DNA of 49,436 nucleotides from an uncultured archaeon (GCA_964640225.1 CAZXFI010000005.1:14749-64184), one strand, 5' to 3'; positions 18,659 to 26,883 are shown, counted from the stretch's first letter. Notes: generated by a model from the sequence alone, not told the origin. Numbers and translations: made by a program.

Positions 18659-18891
18659 ATCTTTTCACCCCTGAGATATTTGGAGAATACTATGGTAGCC
18701 CCGAAGCTCAGACCCGCAAAAACTATTGCTATGTCCACGTAAACCGGGTCGCTCTGGGACCAGAGAGCCATGACGGCTATGAGCAGCACCAGAAACGAGT
18801 CCATTGCCACAATCCTGTCATATACACTGGGACCCAGGGCCGCCCTTGCAAGGCACAAAACCGCGGCCGCCATTATAAAATACTCCATCAT
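18649..18891 (-). CDS. mbhB: MrpF/MnhF-like subunit
   Basis: RAALGPSVYDRIVAMD, YVDIAIV. Confidence 0.9.
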   Translation of the reverse strand: MMEYFIMAAAVLCLARAALGPSVYDRIVAMDSFLVLLIAVMALWSQSDPVYVDIAIVFAGLSFGATIVFSKYLRGEKIWS

Positions 18892-19352
18892 TTGAAAATT
18901 CCCTCCAGGAAGGTTTCAAAAACCTTTATTATGCTCCGGGATTTGCTGTCAATGCAGCAGGCCACGACGTTCCGCCCCTTTATGTCCAGGGTAAGGGTAC
19001 CTGGAGTGAGTGTTATTGAATTTCCCAGAACTGTCAGAGGCACGGGCTCCCTGAACTTGGATTTTATATTGAAAATTTTGGGTCCGGTTATTCCTGTTAT
19101 TATGCTCCAGGCCAGGCTCAGGTGCGAGTAAATCTCCGCCGCCACAAAAACTATCATGTAAATGAAAAACATCACCCACCTTCTCGGGTGGAATTTGGCG
19201 GCCACGGACCCCTTTATAAACTCCCTGCTTGATACAAGGGCTATTATGGAGGATACCACTACACCAAGCACGATTTCCTCCCTCTCAAACCCCGCAATCA
19301 TGACCCATATAAGAAGCAGGAACAGAAACGCGAAAATTACTTTCTGGGGCAT
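18888..19352 (-). CDS. mbhA: MrpE/MnhE-like subunit
   Basis: LGNSITLTPGTLTLD. Confidence 0.92.
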   Translation of the reverse strand: MPQKVIFAFLFLLLIWVMIAGFEREEIVLGVVVSSIIALVSSREFIKGSVAAKFHPRRWVMFFIYMIVFVAAEIYSHLSLAWSIITGITGPKIFNIKSKFREPVPLTVLGNSITLTPGTLTLDIKGRNVVACCIDSKSRSIIKVFETFLEGIFK

Positions 19353-19399
19353 GAATAATATTTGTAAAGCTTTATTAAAATTAGTTTACAAGTGATTTT

Positions 19400-20035
19400 A
19401 TGAGGCTTGACGATTATCTTCTGAAGCACGGAGTGAAATGCAGGGAGACAGCAAACTACCTCATAAAAAACAGGCTGGTTACCGTAAACGGGCGGGCCGT
19501 CACCTACGGCGCCCTGCCTCTGGAAGATGGGGACAGTGTGGAAATAAACGAAAAAAATAAAGACGCTCCGGCTTCCTTCTGGAAACTCAAGGAAATTCAA
19601 GAAAGCATCAACCTTATCCAGCGCGGGGATTTCGTTCTGGACGTAGAAAGCCCTGACGGAGGGTTTCCCCTCTTTGCCGCGAGGAGCGGGGCCAACGTGA
19701 CTCTCGTCACCATAAAAGACATGGATTTTCTTAAATGCGAGAACGTTGAAATAAAAAAGAACAACGTGGTAATAGAAAACCCGGAAAAAGTCCTGTCCAG
19801 CAAGTTTGATATCATAATCATGGAACTGGGCTTTGACGTTATGAAGACAATACAGCTCCTGGAGAAGCTCAGGAGTTTTCTGGGCTCAAGGGGCAGGCTG
19901 CTGGTTTTCCTGCCCGAGAAAGGCAGGGAAAACGCAAGGGAAATGGCCGAGGAAATGCTGCTAAGGCAGAATCTGGAGGTCTTGAATTTTTTTGACTCTG
20001 GTAAAGGATTTTACGTCTGCGCCAGGGCGTTTTAG
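19400..20035 (+). CDS. S4 RNA-binding domain + FtsJ/TlyA-like methyltransferase fold (degenerate)
   Basis: MRLDDYL...RE.A..LIK...VTVNG S4 motif; KLKEI...VLDVESPDGGF resembles TlyA/FtsJ motif I. Confidence 0.75.
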   Translation: MRLDDYLLKHGVKCRETANYLIKNRLVTVNGRAVTYGALPLEDGDSVEINEKNKDAPASFWKLKEIQESINLIQRGDFVLDVESPDGGFPLFAARSGANVTLVTIKDMDFLKCENVEIKKNNVVIENPEKVLSSKFDIIIMELGFDVMKTIQLLEKLRSFLGSRGRLLVFLPEKGRENAREMAEEMLLRQNLEVLNFFDSGKGFYVCARAF

Positions 20036-20328
20036 CCGACTGTTTCTATTGACTCAACGTCTTTCATGTAAGGCCCGTAGAAGCACCCTTCACCCTCGCA
20101 TTCCTGCTCGTAAACATATCCGGTTACCTGAAGTATTTTCCCGTTAAACATTTCCGCGTTTTCGCAGTCGGAAAGCGTTGTGTTCCCGTAATCCGTTATA
20201 AGAGTCCCGTCCACGACTCCCGTGCAGTCCTCAAGCTTCACGAACTGGCCGGCAACCGTGGCTTTTTCTCCCCCGCTCACGCAGCCCGCTACAACAAGCA
20301 TGAGAAAAAGAAGAACGGCATATCTCAT
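20032..20328 (-). CDS. Hypothetical lipoprotein
   Basis: Lipobox VAGC, short OB-like beta domain. Confidence 0.7.
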   Translation of the reverse strand: MRYAVLLFLMLVVAGCVSGGEKATVAGQFVKLEDCTGVVDGTLITDYGNTTLSDCENAEMFNGKILQVTGYVYEQECEGEGCFYGPYMKDVESIETVG

Positions 20329-20371
20329 GAAAATACTTGTCTGCGCGAATTTAAAAGTTTTTTCAGGGAAA

Positions 20372-20606
20372 TGGTGGGCCCGGGGAGAAACTCAAGGGAA
20401 CTTTTGCGGAACGCTCGGCGTTCCGAAGTTCTTGGAACATAACGTGTTCCAAGTTTTGCGATACAATCGCAAAATCTTTCCCTAAAGGCTTTCTTTTGAA
20501 GAAAGGCTTTTTGAACTCCCGTCTGAGGCTGTTTCTGTCACGCACCCGTTAGGCAGGCGTTAGACACCCAAAGCCCCGATGCTAGACCAAGCTACACTAC
20601 AGGCCC
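20372..20606 (-). tRNA. tRNA-Pro(TGG) with two introns: 37/38 (20531..20566, 36 nt) and 59/60 (20389..20509, 121 nt); CCA encoded
   Basis: Spliced: GGGCCTG TA GTGT AGCTTGGTCTA GCAT C GGGGC TT TGG GA GCCTC AGAC GGGAG TTCAAAT CTCCC CGGGCCC A CCA; BHB-like junctions. Confidence 0.9.
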
Positions 20607-20655
20607 TTCGCCTTGCTGTTAGGAATACTTTAAGTATGAATTATTTAATATTAAT

Positions 20656-21165
20656 ATGCTTGAAGGAGTGCTTGCTTACGGGGTTTCCCCCAAGCTGGTC
20701 TATGGCATGGGGTTCATGTTTTTCACGCTCCTGGTGGCCTCGGTGAGCGACCTGAAAAGGATGACCATAAAGGCCGAGTTCATGGCCATGTGGCTGGGTT
20801 TTTCCGCAATCATGCTCTTCCATGACTACACAACGGGGCTGGAGTACATCTGGTGGAAATGGCTTTTCATAATAGGCCTGGGGTTGCTTTCGTGGAAGGG
20901 CACGGGAAAGATTTTCTCCCTTGCCCGCGCGGACGTGGTGGCGGTCTCCGCGGTGTGCTCGGTGCTTGAAATCCCGTACATAATACTTTTCTACATAATA
21001 CTGTTACTGGTCAACAGGGTGAGCATCTACCCCCTGAAGATTTTCGGCAAGGCCAACCGCTACCCGTTCATGCCGGTTATATGGTTCTCTTTGCTTGTTT
21101 TGATATTCATTCTGGGAATAATAGAATGGGAAAAACTCGCAGAACTTTTGGCAGGTCTGTTTTAG
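20656..21165 (+). CDS. Prepilin/preflagellin peptidase-like (A24) membrane protein
   Basis: SVSDLKRMTI and ARADVV aspartate motifs, YPFMPVI motif. Confidence 0.75.
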   Translation: MLEGVLAYGVSPKLVYGMGFMFFTLLVASVSDLKRMTIKAEFMAMWLGFSAIMLFHDYTTGLEYIWWKWLFIIGLGLLSWKGTGKIFSLARADVVAVSAVCSVLEIPYIILFYIILLLVNRVSIYPLKIFGKANRYPFMPVIWFSLLVLIFILGIIEWEKLAELLAGLF

Positions 21166-21174
21166 CCGTGAAAT

Positions 21175-21507
21175 TTAAAAGCTTTTTTTCAGGGACTCCA
21201 GAATGCCTGAAAGGTAAATCCCCGCCAAAATCAAAATCCCCCCCGTCACGCCTTTCAGAGTCCCGGAAAGCGACTCTATTAAACTGAGAACGACTGTCAC
21301 GAAAATTATTGCAGAGAAATACAAAACCATGATGAGAAGGAATATCACGTCGTGCTGATAGTCTTTGAATTCCCTGTAAACGAGCCAGAAAAATACGATG
21401 ACAGAGAAAAGTATCACAAGATAGACCAAATCCGGGGCTACCAGCGCGGCCAGCAGCACGGTTCCCAGAACCAGCAATATTTTTCCCAGTTCTTTTCTTA
21501 CCAACAT
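21175..21507 (-). CDS. Hypothetical membrane protein (about 4 TM)
   Basis: Hydrophobic ORF co-oriented with the HIT gene. Confidence 0.65.
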   Translation of the reverse strand: MLVRKELGKILLVLGTVLLAALVAPDLVYLVILFSVIVFFWLVYREFKDYQHDVIFLLIMVLYFSAIIFVTVVLSLIESLSGTLKGVTGGILILAGIYLSGILESLKKSF

Positions 21508-21511
21508 GGAC

Positions 21512-21967
21512 TCACTTTTTCCTGCGCTTTTCTTTCCTTATTTCCCCTTTAAGCATGCCGTGTATTTTCCTGAAGTCATTTTCCCTTATTTTCTTGTTTT
21601 TCCAAACCTCTATCTTTATCTGGTCCCCCCTGTCCCTGGGTATCACGTGGTAGTGGGCGTGGAATATACACTGCCCCGCGCTCTTTCCGTCATTCAGAAG
21701 AATGTTGCATCCCTCGTGGGTTCTTCTCAGGACCCTTGCTATCAGTATAACATGGTCCGTTAGCTCGTGGTGCACGTACTTCGGTATGTCCTCCACGTAC
21801 CTGTAGTGCTTCTTTGGTATGACCAGTATGTGCCCGTCCTCCTTCTCGGGAAAGCTCATTGACAGGAAGGACACGGTGTTCTCTGTCACGTTAAGGGGCA
21901 TGAAAGGCAGGCCATTCATCTGGATTTTCCTTTTCCCGGTCACGAAATCGCAGAATATGCATGACAT
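21512..21967 (-). CDS. HIT family hydrolase
   Basis: CIFC, GHILVIPKKH, AGQCIFHAHYHVIPR. Confidence 0.95.
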   Translation of the reverse strand: MSCIFCDFVTGKRKIQMNGLPFMPLNVTENTVSFLSMSFPEKEDGHILVIPKKHYRYVEDIPKYVHHELTDHVILIARVLRRTHEGCNILLNDGKSAGQCIFHAHYHVIPRDRGDQIKIEVWKNKKIRENDFRKIHGMLKGEIRKEKRRKK

Positions 21968-22000
21968 GTTTAATATTTGAACCTGAAATTTAAAAATAAG

Positions 22001-23092
22001 TTACTTCCTGCGAACTTCAATGCTCCCGTACTTGCCGATTATTTTGCTCATTTTTCCGTGGTCCCTTCCGGACAAAAGGGTTATTGCAGTCCCTTTCTTG
22101 CCCTTGCGCGCGGTCCTACCCACCCGGTGGGTGTAGGAGTCCACGTCGTCGTTCAGGTCGTAGTTGAACACGTGAGTTATGTCCTCAATGTCCAGCCCCC
22201 TTGCAGCCACATCCGTGGCCACCAGAACGTCAATTTTCCCCCTGGAGAACTTTTCCAGAATCTGCTCCCTCGCGTGCTGGGTCATGTCCCCGTTCATGCA
22301 CTCGGCCTTTATGCCGTTCTTCCTCAGGACGTGAGCCACTGTGTTCGTTCTTCTCTTGGTGTTGCAGAAAACAAGCGTGAGGCCCCTGTCTTCCTTCTTC
22401 AAAAGCCTTATTAGAAGGTCAAGCTTTTCCCTGTCGTTCACGTTGTAATAGTACTGTCTGAGCACCCCGCCTTCCAGGACGTTCTTGAGCATTATTTTCG
22501 CCGGGTTCCTCAGGTATCTCTCGGCCAGGCCTATTACCCTTGAGTTTATCGTGGCGCTGAGCATGACGCTCTGCCTTTTCCCGGGCAGGTGGCTGATTAT
22601 GGCGTTCATGTCCCTGATGAAGCCCATGTCCAGGAGCCTGTCCGCCTCGTCTATAACTAAATAACGGGCCTGGGAAAGGTCCAGCGCTCTCCTCCTGATA
22701 AGATCCAGGAGCCTTCCCGGAGTCCCGACCACTATGTCGGCGCTTCTTACTTCCCTTATCTGGTTCTCTATGGAGACTCCCCCGTAAACCGTGGCTGTTT
22801 TCAGGTCGTTGTTTCTGGAGAACTTTATATATTCCCCGGCAACCTGCTTGGCCAGCTCCCTTGTGGGAGTGATTACAAGTGCCTGAACGTTTTTCCCGTG
22901 GTTTATCTTTTCTATCATCGGCACCGCGAAGCCTATGGTCTTGCCGCTCCCTGTCTGGGACTGCACGATAACGTCTTTCCCGCTGAAAATCAGCGGTATG
23001 GCCCTTTCCTGAACCTTTGTGAGCTCTTTTATTCCGTGCCTGTGCAGCTCTTCCAAAAGCTCTCCGTTTATCTTCAGGTCTCTGAATTTCAT
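22001..23092 (-). CDS. DEAD-box RNA helicase
   Basis: QTGSGKT, PTRELA, DEAD, SAT, ARGLD, HRVGRTAR. Confidence 0.97.
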   Translation of the reverse strand: MKFRDLKINGELLEELHRHGIKELTKVQERAIPLIFSGKDVIVQSQTGSGKTIGFAVPMIEKINHGKNVQALVITPTRELAKQVAGEYIKFSRNNDLKTATVYGGVSIENQIREVRSADIVVGTPGRLLDLIRRRALDLSQARYLVIDEADRLLDMGFIRDMNAIISHLPGKRQSVMLSATINSRVIGLAERYLRNPAKIMLKNVLEGGVLRQYYYNVNDREKLDLLIRLLKKEDRGLTLVFCNTKRRTNTVAHVLRKNGIKAECMNGDMTQHAREQILEKFSRGKIDVLVATDVAARGLDIEDITHVFNYDLNDDVDSYTHRVGRTARKGKKGTAITLLSGRDHGKMSKIIGKYGSIEVRRK

Positions 23093-23152
23093 CCTTATTC
23101 ACACTTCTATGCGGGTTATACAAAAAAGAAATTGATTTTTCAAAAAAGCTGT

Positions 23153-23353
23153 TTACTCTTCTACTTTTTCAACTTCTTCGGCCTTGGGTCCCCTGTCGCC
23201 TTCGACTATCTTGAAGGAAACCGTGTCGCCTTCCTGTATTGAGGCTCCTTCCTTCAGCCCGCTTTCATGGACAAAATAGTCTTTTCCGTCTTCGCCTGTT
23301 ACGAATCCGAATCTTTTCATAGTGTTGTAAAACTTTACTGTTCCTTTTGTCAT
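23153..23353 (-). CDS. csp: Cold-shock protein
   Basis: MTKGTVKFYN..KRFGFV...DYFVHES; AGGAGG RBS. Confidence 0.95.
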   Translation of the reverse strand: MTKGTVKFYNTMKRFGFVTGEDGKDYFVHESGLKEGASIQEGDTVSFKIVEGDRGPKAEEVEKVEE

Positions 23354-23689
23354 TTTAATCCTCCTGAATACCTCTAAATAAAAACATATATAAATACTTA
23401 TGTTCGCCAATTTTCTGGATTTTTGTGCCGCTTAAATCCTTTTTGGTGCAAATAATAACCGGGGTGTTAAATCTATCTCACGGAGGCTCGTCGTCAATGT
23501 GCGAATTTCTGAGTTACGATAAGTAACCCGTGATAAGGACGCTCCGGTACGCCCAGAACGAGCTGAAAATGTACAAGGAAATATCCATCAGCGGCTTTGA
23601 GGACAAGCAAATCAAAGACTAAACTTTCAAGCCAATGAAAAATCCGGTTTCTCCCGAGTATATTGCTGACAATCTTTAAAAGCCTGGAA

Positions 23690-23806
23690 TTACGGTTTGA
23701 TTTTTTTCCAGCCACAAGAAATGCATCTGTATCCTATTCTTCCTGTTACCAAAGAATGGCTGTCTTTGACTATAATGGCATCCCCACACAACGGACAATG
23801 ATTCAT
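23690..23806 (-). CDS. CPxCG-type zinc-finger microprotein (38 aa)
   Basis: Manual translation MNHCPLCGDAIIVKDSHSLVTGRIGYRCISCGWKKIKP; GAGGT RBS. Confidence 0.7.
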   Translation of the reverse strand: MNHCPLCGDAIIVKDSHSLVTGRIGYRCISCGWKKIKP

Positions 23807-23984
23807 ATATCCAACCTCAAATTATCTTTAAAAGAACAAAAAATATTCTCCACAATTCCTGAAAATCAAGAAAAAATGGTTCTTCATTCTTTATGCAATT
23901 ATTAGGGTTTTAAGCTTATTAAGCTTTAAAAAACCTGAAATCAGGCAAACCACGAATGAAAGCCGAGGCTCTGAACAAAAAGTA

Positions 23985-24261
23985 TGGAGCCTCAGGGGGG
24001 ATTCTCAAGTGGATTCAAGATGGGAAAACTCTCCGAGTTTTCCAAATTCTTTCCACGAGTGCTTTCTTTTGAAGAAAGGCCTCTTTTGAACCCTCGACCT
24101 TTACCTTTTTGTTAATGGCCAAGCCAGTTTCCGCTGGCGCTTTACGCTGAGTAAAGGGCCATACCAAGGTAACGCTCTCCGCCGAGCCAAAGAGTTTTCT
24201 CTTTCCCTTAAGGGTTTCTCTTTTTCAAAAGAGAAAGGCTTACCGACTGAGCTACTGAGGC
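23985..24261 (-). tRNA. tRNA-Thr(GGT) with three introns: 20/21 (24179..24241), 37/38 (24107..24161), 59/60 (24002..24084); CCA encoded
   Basis: Spliced: GCCTCAG TA GCTC AGTCGGTA GAGC G TTACC TT GGT AA GGTAA AGGTC GAGGG TTCAAAT CCCCC CTGAGGC T CCA. Confidence 0.88.
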
Positions 24262-24262
24262 A

Positions 24263-24595
24263 TCATTTTTTTTTCTTTATCTGGTCTTTTAGTTTGGGGA
24301 CCCTTATGGTCCGGTTGCAGCTCTCGCACTTCACGTTGAAAGGCCTTTTCCATTCCCTTTCCTCGTAGGCCTCCCGGCCGCACGCAGGGCACTTGTATTC
24401 CACGCGGGCCACGTTGTCGTCAAGCACAAGGACCCTTACCTCTCCCTTCTTGTTTCCGTCGCCGTCCTCCAGGTCCCTCCATGTGTGGTACACGTACGAG
24501 GTCACGTGGTTGTCCTTTATGTACTGCGATATCCTGTTCAAAATCATAACAATCTTTTCTCTTTTGTCTCTTAAATAATTTTGTTTCCCCGGCAA
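24263..24595 (-). CDS. Zn-ribbon hypothetical protein
   Basis: CPACG...CESC; start uncertain. Confidence 0.7.
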   Translation of the reverse strand: MPGKQNYLRDKREKIVMILNRISQYIKDNHVTSYVYHTWRDLEDGDGNKKGEVRVLVLDDNVARVEYKCPACGREAYEEREWKRPFNVKCESCNRTIRVPKLKDQIKKKK

Positions 24596-24624
24596 GATTT
24601 AAATACTTCAATCCCTATTTAGAG

Positions 24625-25422
24625 ATGTTGATTTTCATGCCATATTCTTTAAAGGAAGGTTACGAGGAACTGGAATCTTTTTTCAGCCGTTGCGATAAAA
24701 TTGACACCGCCATTTTTGACGTTGACAATACCGCAGTGAAAGGAAGAATGTCCAACTGCGCCCGCTACCTGCTGGATGAGGAGAAGAATAGCGGGCGCCT
24801 GGACAATGTCGTCAGAGGCCTTTACGCAGGAAGCAGGATAATGGTGGGCACGAAGATAAGGGGCGACACAGTCAGCTCCGACAACTGGGGCCTGGGCAAG
24901 TTCATCAGGACTCTTGAAAAGTCTGGTATAGAAAAAGAAAGGGTTCAGAATTCCGCGGGGTATTACTTTGAAAAAAACAAGCTCCCTGGCTTCACGGATT
25001 TGGTTGACACCCTGAAAGAAGATTACGAAATGAGCATACACCTCGTGACAGGCTCCCCGGACATCGTGATAGAGCCGCTGGCAAAAAGGCTTGGCGCCAC
25101 CTACACGGCCCAGAAGGTGGTTTACAGGGATGAAATTCCCGTGGATGTTGAGTTTCTTTTCAATTCCCCCTATGAAAAAATGCTGAAGGCGAGGAAGGAC
25201 CTAGACAAACAAAACAAAAACATAACCGACACCGTTTGCTTTGGCAACGACGGAAGGGATGTTTTTCTAAAGTACTGCTCCAGCGTGTTCGTATCCAGCC
25301 CGCTGGCGGACAAAGAGACAAGGGAACTGGCCGACATAAAGCTCGGCGGGGAGCGCGGTTACCCGTGGCTCAACGACAAACTGAAGACATTTTCCGTGCT
25401 TACCGGGAAAGCTAGAATATAG
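24625..25422 (+). CDS. HAD-superfamily hydrolase (phosphoserine phosphatase-like)
   Basis: FDVDNT, VTGSP, K, FGNDGRD motifs. Confidence 0.82.
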   Translation: MLIFMPYSLKEGYEELESFFSRCDKIDTAIFDVDNTAVKGRMSNCARYLLDEEKNSGRLDNVVRGLYAGSRIMVGTKIRGDTVSSDNWGLGKFIRTLEKSGIEKERVQNSAGYYFEKNKLPGFTDLVDTLKEDYEMSIHLVTGSPDIVIEPLAKRLGATYTAQKVVYRDEIPVDVEFLFNSPYEKMLKARKDLDKQNKNITDTVCFGNDGRDVFLKYCSSVFVSSPLADKETRELADIKLGGERGYPWLNDKLKTFSVLTGKARI

Positions 25423-26251
25423 CCCCCACAAGGAAGGCAAGAAGGCAGACGAACATCGCCAGTTTCATGAGCTTGTGCACGTTTTCCGCGGGCGTCTCCC
25501 TCATGTTCCATATTATTGAGAAAACAAAAAGAACCAGCCCCATTGAAACGACGTAAATGTAAATCTCGGTCATGTAGCCCATCAGATAAGGTAGGGGAGC
25601 CAGCATCACGGATATGGTCATGAGCAGGGTGGCCACTTTCCTTGCGCTCTTTTCTCCCAAGACTATCGGCAGGGACTTGACCTTGCCCAGCCTGTCCCCC
25701 TTCATGTCCTCTATGGTCTTTATTATCTCCCTGGAAAAATTTGAAAAGAACGCTATGAGCGAGACTATCGTTACCGGGACAAGCCCATCAAGCCCCGTGG
25801 CGAAGCCCCCGAAAAGGAAGGACGATGCCACTAGATAGCTCACGAAGACGTGGCCCAATGCTATAACCTTCTTCAGGTTGTAGGAATAGATTATGAGAAA
25901 AACGGAGTTCACGAGAGCTATCAGGAAGCAGTAGAAGTTTATGAAATACGAAATATAGATGCCTGCCGCAAAAAGCGTCAGGGCAAGCACGAAGGCCCCC
26001 TTGGGCGTCACCCTTCCGGAGGGAATCGGCCTGTGCCTCTTGTTGAGGAAGTCAATGTTCCTGTCACAGTAGTCGTTTATGATCATGCCTGCTCCGGTTA
26101 TTATGAAAGTGGCGATTATGGCCAGGTGCACGGGAGTCATGTAGGCCGCAAACGTTCCCGCCACTATAACAGCTCCCACGAAGACCGCTATTGCCGCCAT
26201 TATGCTGTTAACAGGCCTTATAAGCTCAAAAAAACACTTTACCATCAGCAA
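25412..26251 (-). CDS. Digeranylgeranylglyceryl phosphate synthase (UbiA family)
   Basis: LIRPVN, INDYCDRNID..NKRHRPIPSG, REIIKTIEDMKGD. Confidence 0.88.
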   Translation of the reverse strand: MLMVKCFFELIRPVNSIMAAIAVFVGAVIVAGTFAAYMTPVHLAIIATFIITGAGMIINDYCDRNIDFLNKRHRPIPSGRVTPKGAFVLALTLFAAGIYISYFINFYCFLIALVNSVFLIIYSYNLKKVIALGHVFVSYLVASSFLFGGFATGLDGLVPVTIVSLIAFFSNFSREIIKTIEDMKGDRLGKVKSLPIVLGEKSARKVATLLMTISVMLAPLPYLMGYMTEIYIYVVSMGLVLFVFSIIWNMRETPAENVHKLMKLAMFVCLLAFLVGAIF

Positions 26252-26300
26252 CCCCTATTCTTAAAGATTATGGGGTTTTAATATTTAAGCTTTCCGAGGG

Positions 26301-26849
26301 TCACATGTTAAATTTTTTTCTTATTATCTCTTCTGTCCCATTCCTGATGTACTCGGAAGTTACTATGTTTTCGATTTTCCTGAGCAATTTTATTTCTTTC
26401 CTGTATTTCTTGCCTTCAAGCCCTATCTCGTCCACCCTCCTTCCAAACTCCTCTTTCTTTACGGTTTTTCCTGATAGGCAGTAGGCGTAAGGCAGGAGGT
26501 CCTCAAAAACATAGTTCGGGTTGGGAACAAGGACAGGCTCTTCTATCCCCTCCAGGCCAATCCTGCTGGGAACATGAATGCTTGCCAGCACCCTTTCCGG
26601 CCCCGCGGTGTTCAGAGCGCCTATGTATTCTCCTGTCCTCTCCTCTCCGAACCTGTCCAGTGTTTCAAAAAAGTAGGGCAGGAACTTGCTGTCCACCATG
26701 TACCTGAAAAAAGGAGTGGGGTCTGTTCTCTCTCCCAAATCAAAGGGTAGGCCCTGCGAGACGAAAAACTTCCTGTCGGCCTCGTTTTCGTCAAGGTAAA
26801 TCCTGAATTTCTCCAGCCTGCTGTCCAGGCCTACGTTGAAATCTTCCAT
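26301..26849 (-). CDS. Hypothetical protein
   Basis: 182-aa ORF with typical codon usage and an upstream TTTAA-like promoter. Confidence 0.65.
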   Translation of the reverse strand: MEDFNVGLDSRLEKFRIYLDENEADRKFFVSQGLPFDLGERTDPTPFFRYMVDSKFLPYFFETLDRFGEERTGEYIGALNTAGPERVLASIHVPSRIGLEGIEEPVLVPNPNYVFEDLLPYAYCLSGKTVKKEEFGRRVDEIGLEGKKYRKEIKLLRKIENIVTSEYIRNGTEEIIRKKFNM

Positions 26850-26883
26850 GAATATAGTTCGTGCAGAAAAGATTTAAGCATGA

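Noticed and set aside
20363-20545. 60-aa ORF in the six-frame track
   Set aside because: Lies on the tRNA-Pro gene and its introns; spurious
23494-23905. ORFs 23494..23715 (-) and 23663..23905 (+)
   Set aside because: No motifs or RBS; they overlap the better-supported 38-aa zinc-finger ORF
20389-24241. Palindromic repeats as a CRISPR array or MITE
   Set aside because: No regular repeat-spacer periodicity and no terminal inverted repeats/TSD; the hairpins sit precisely inside tRNA splice junctions
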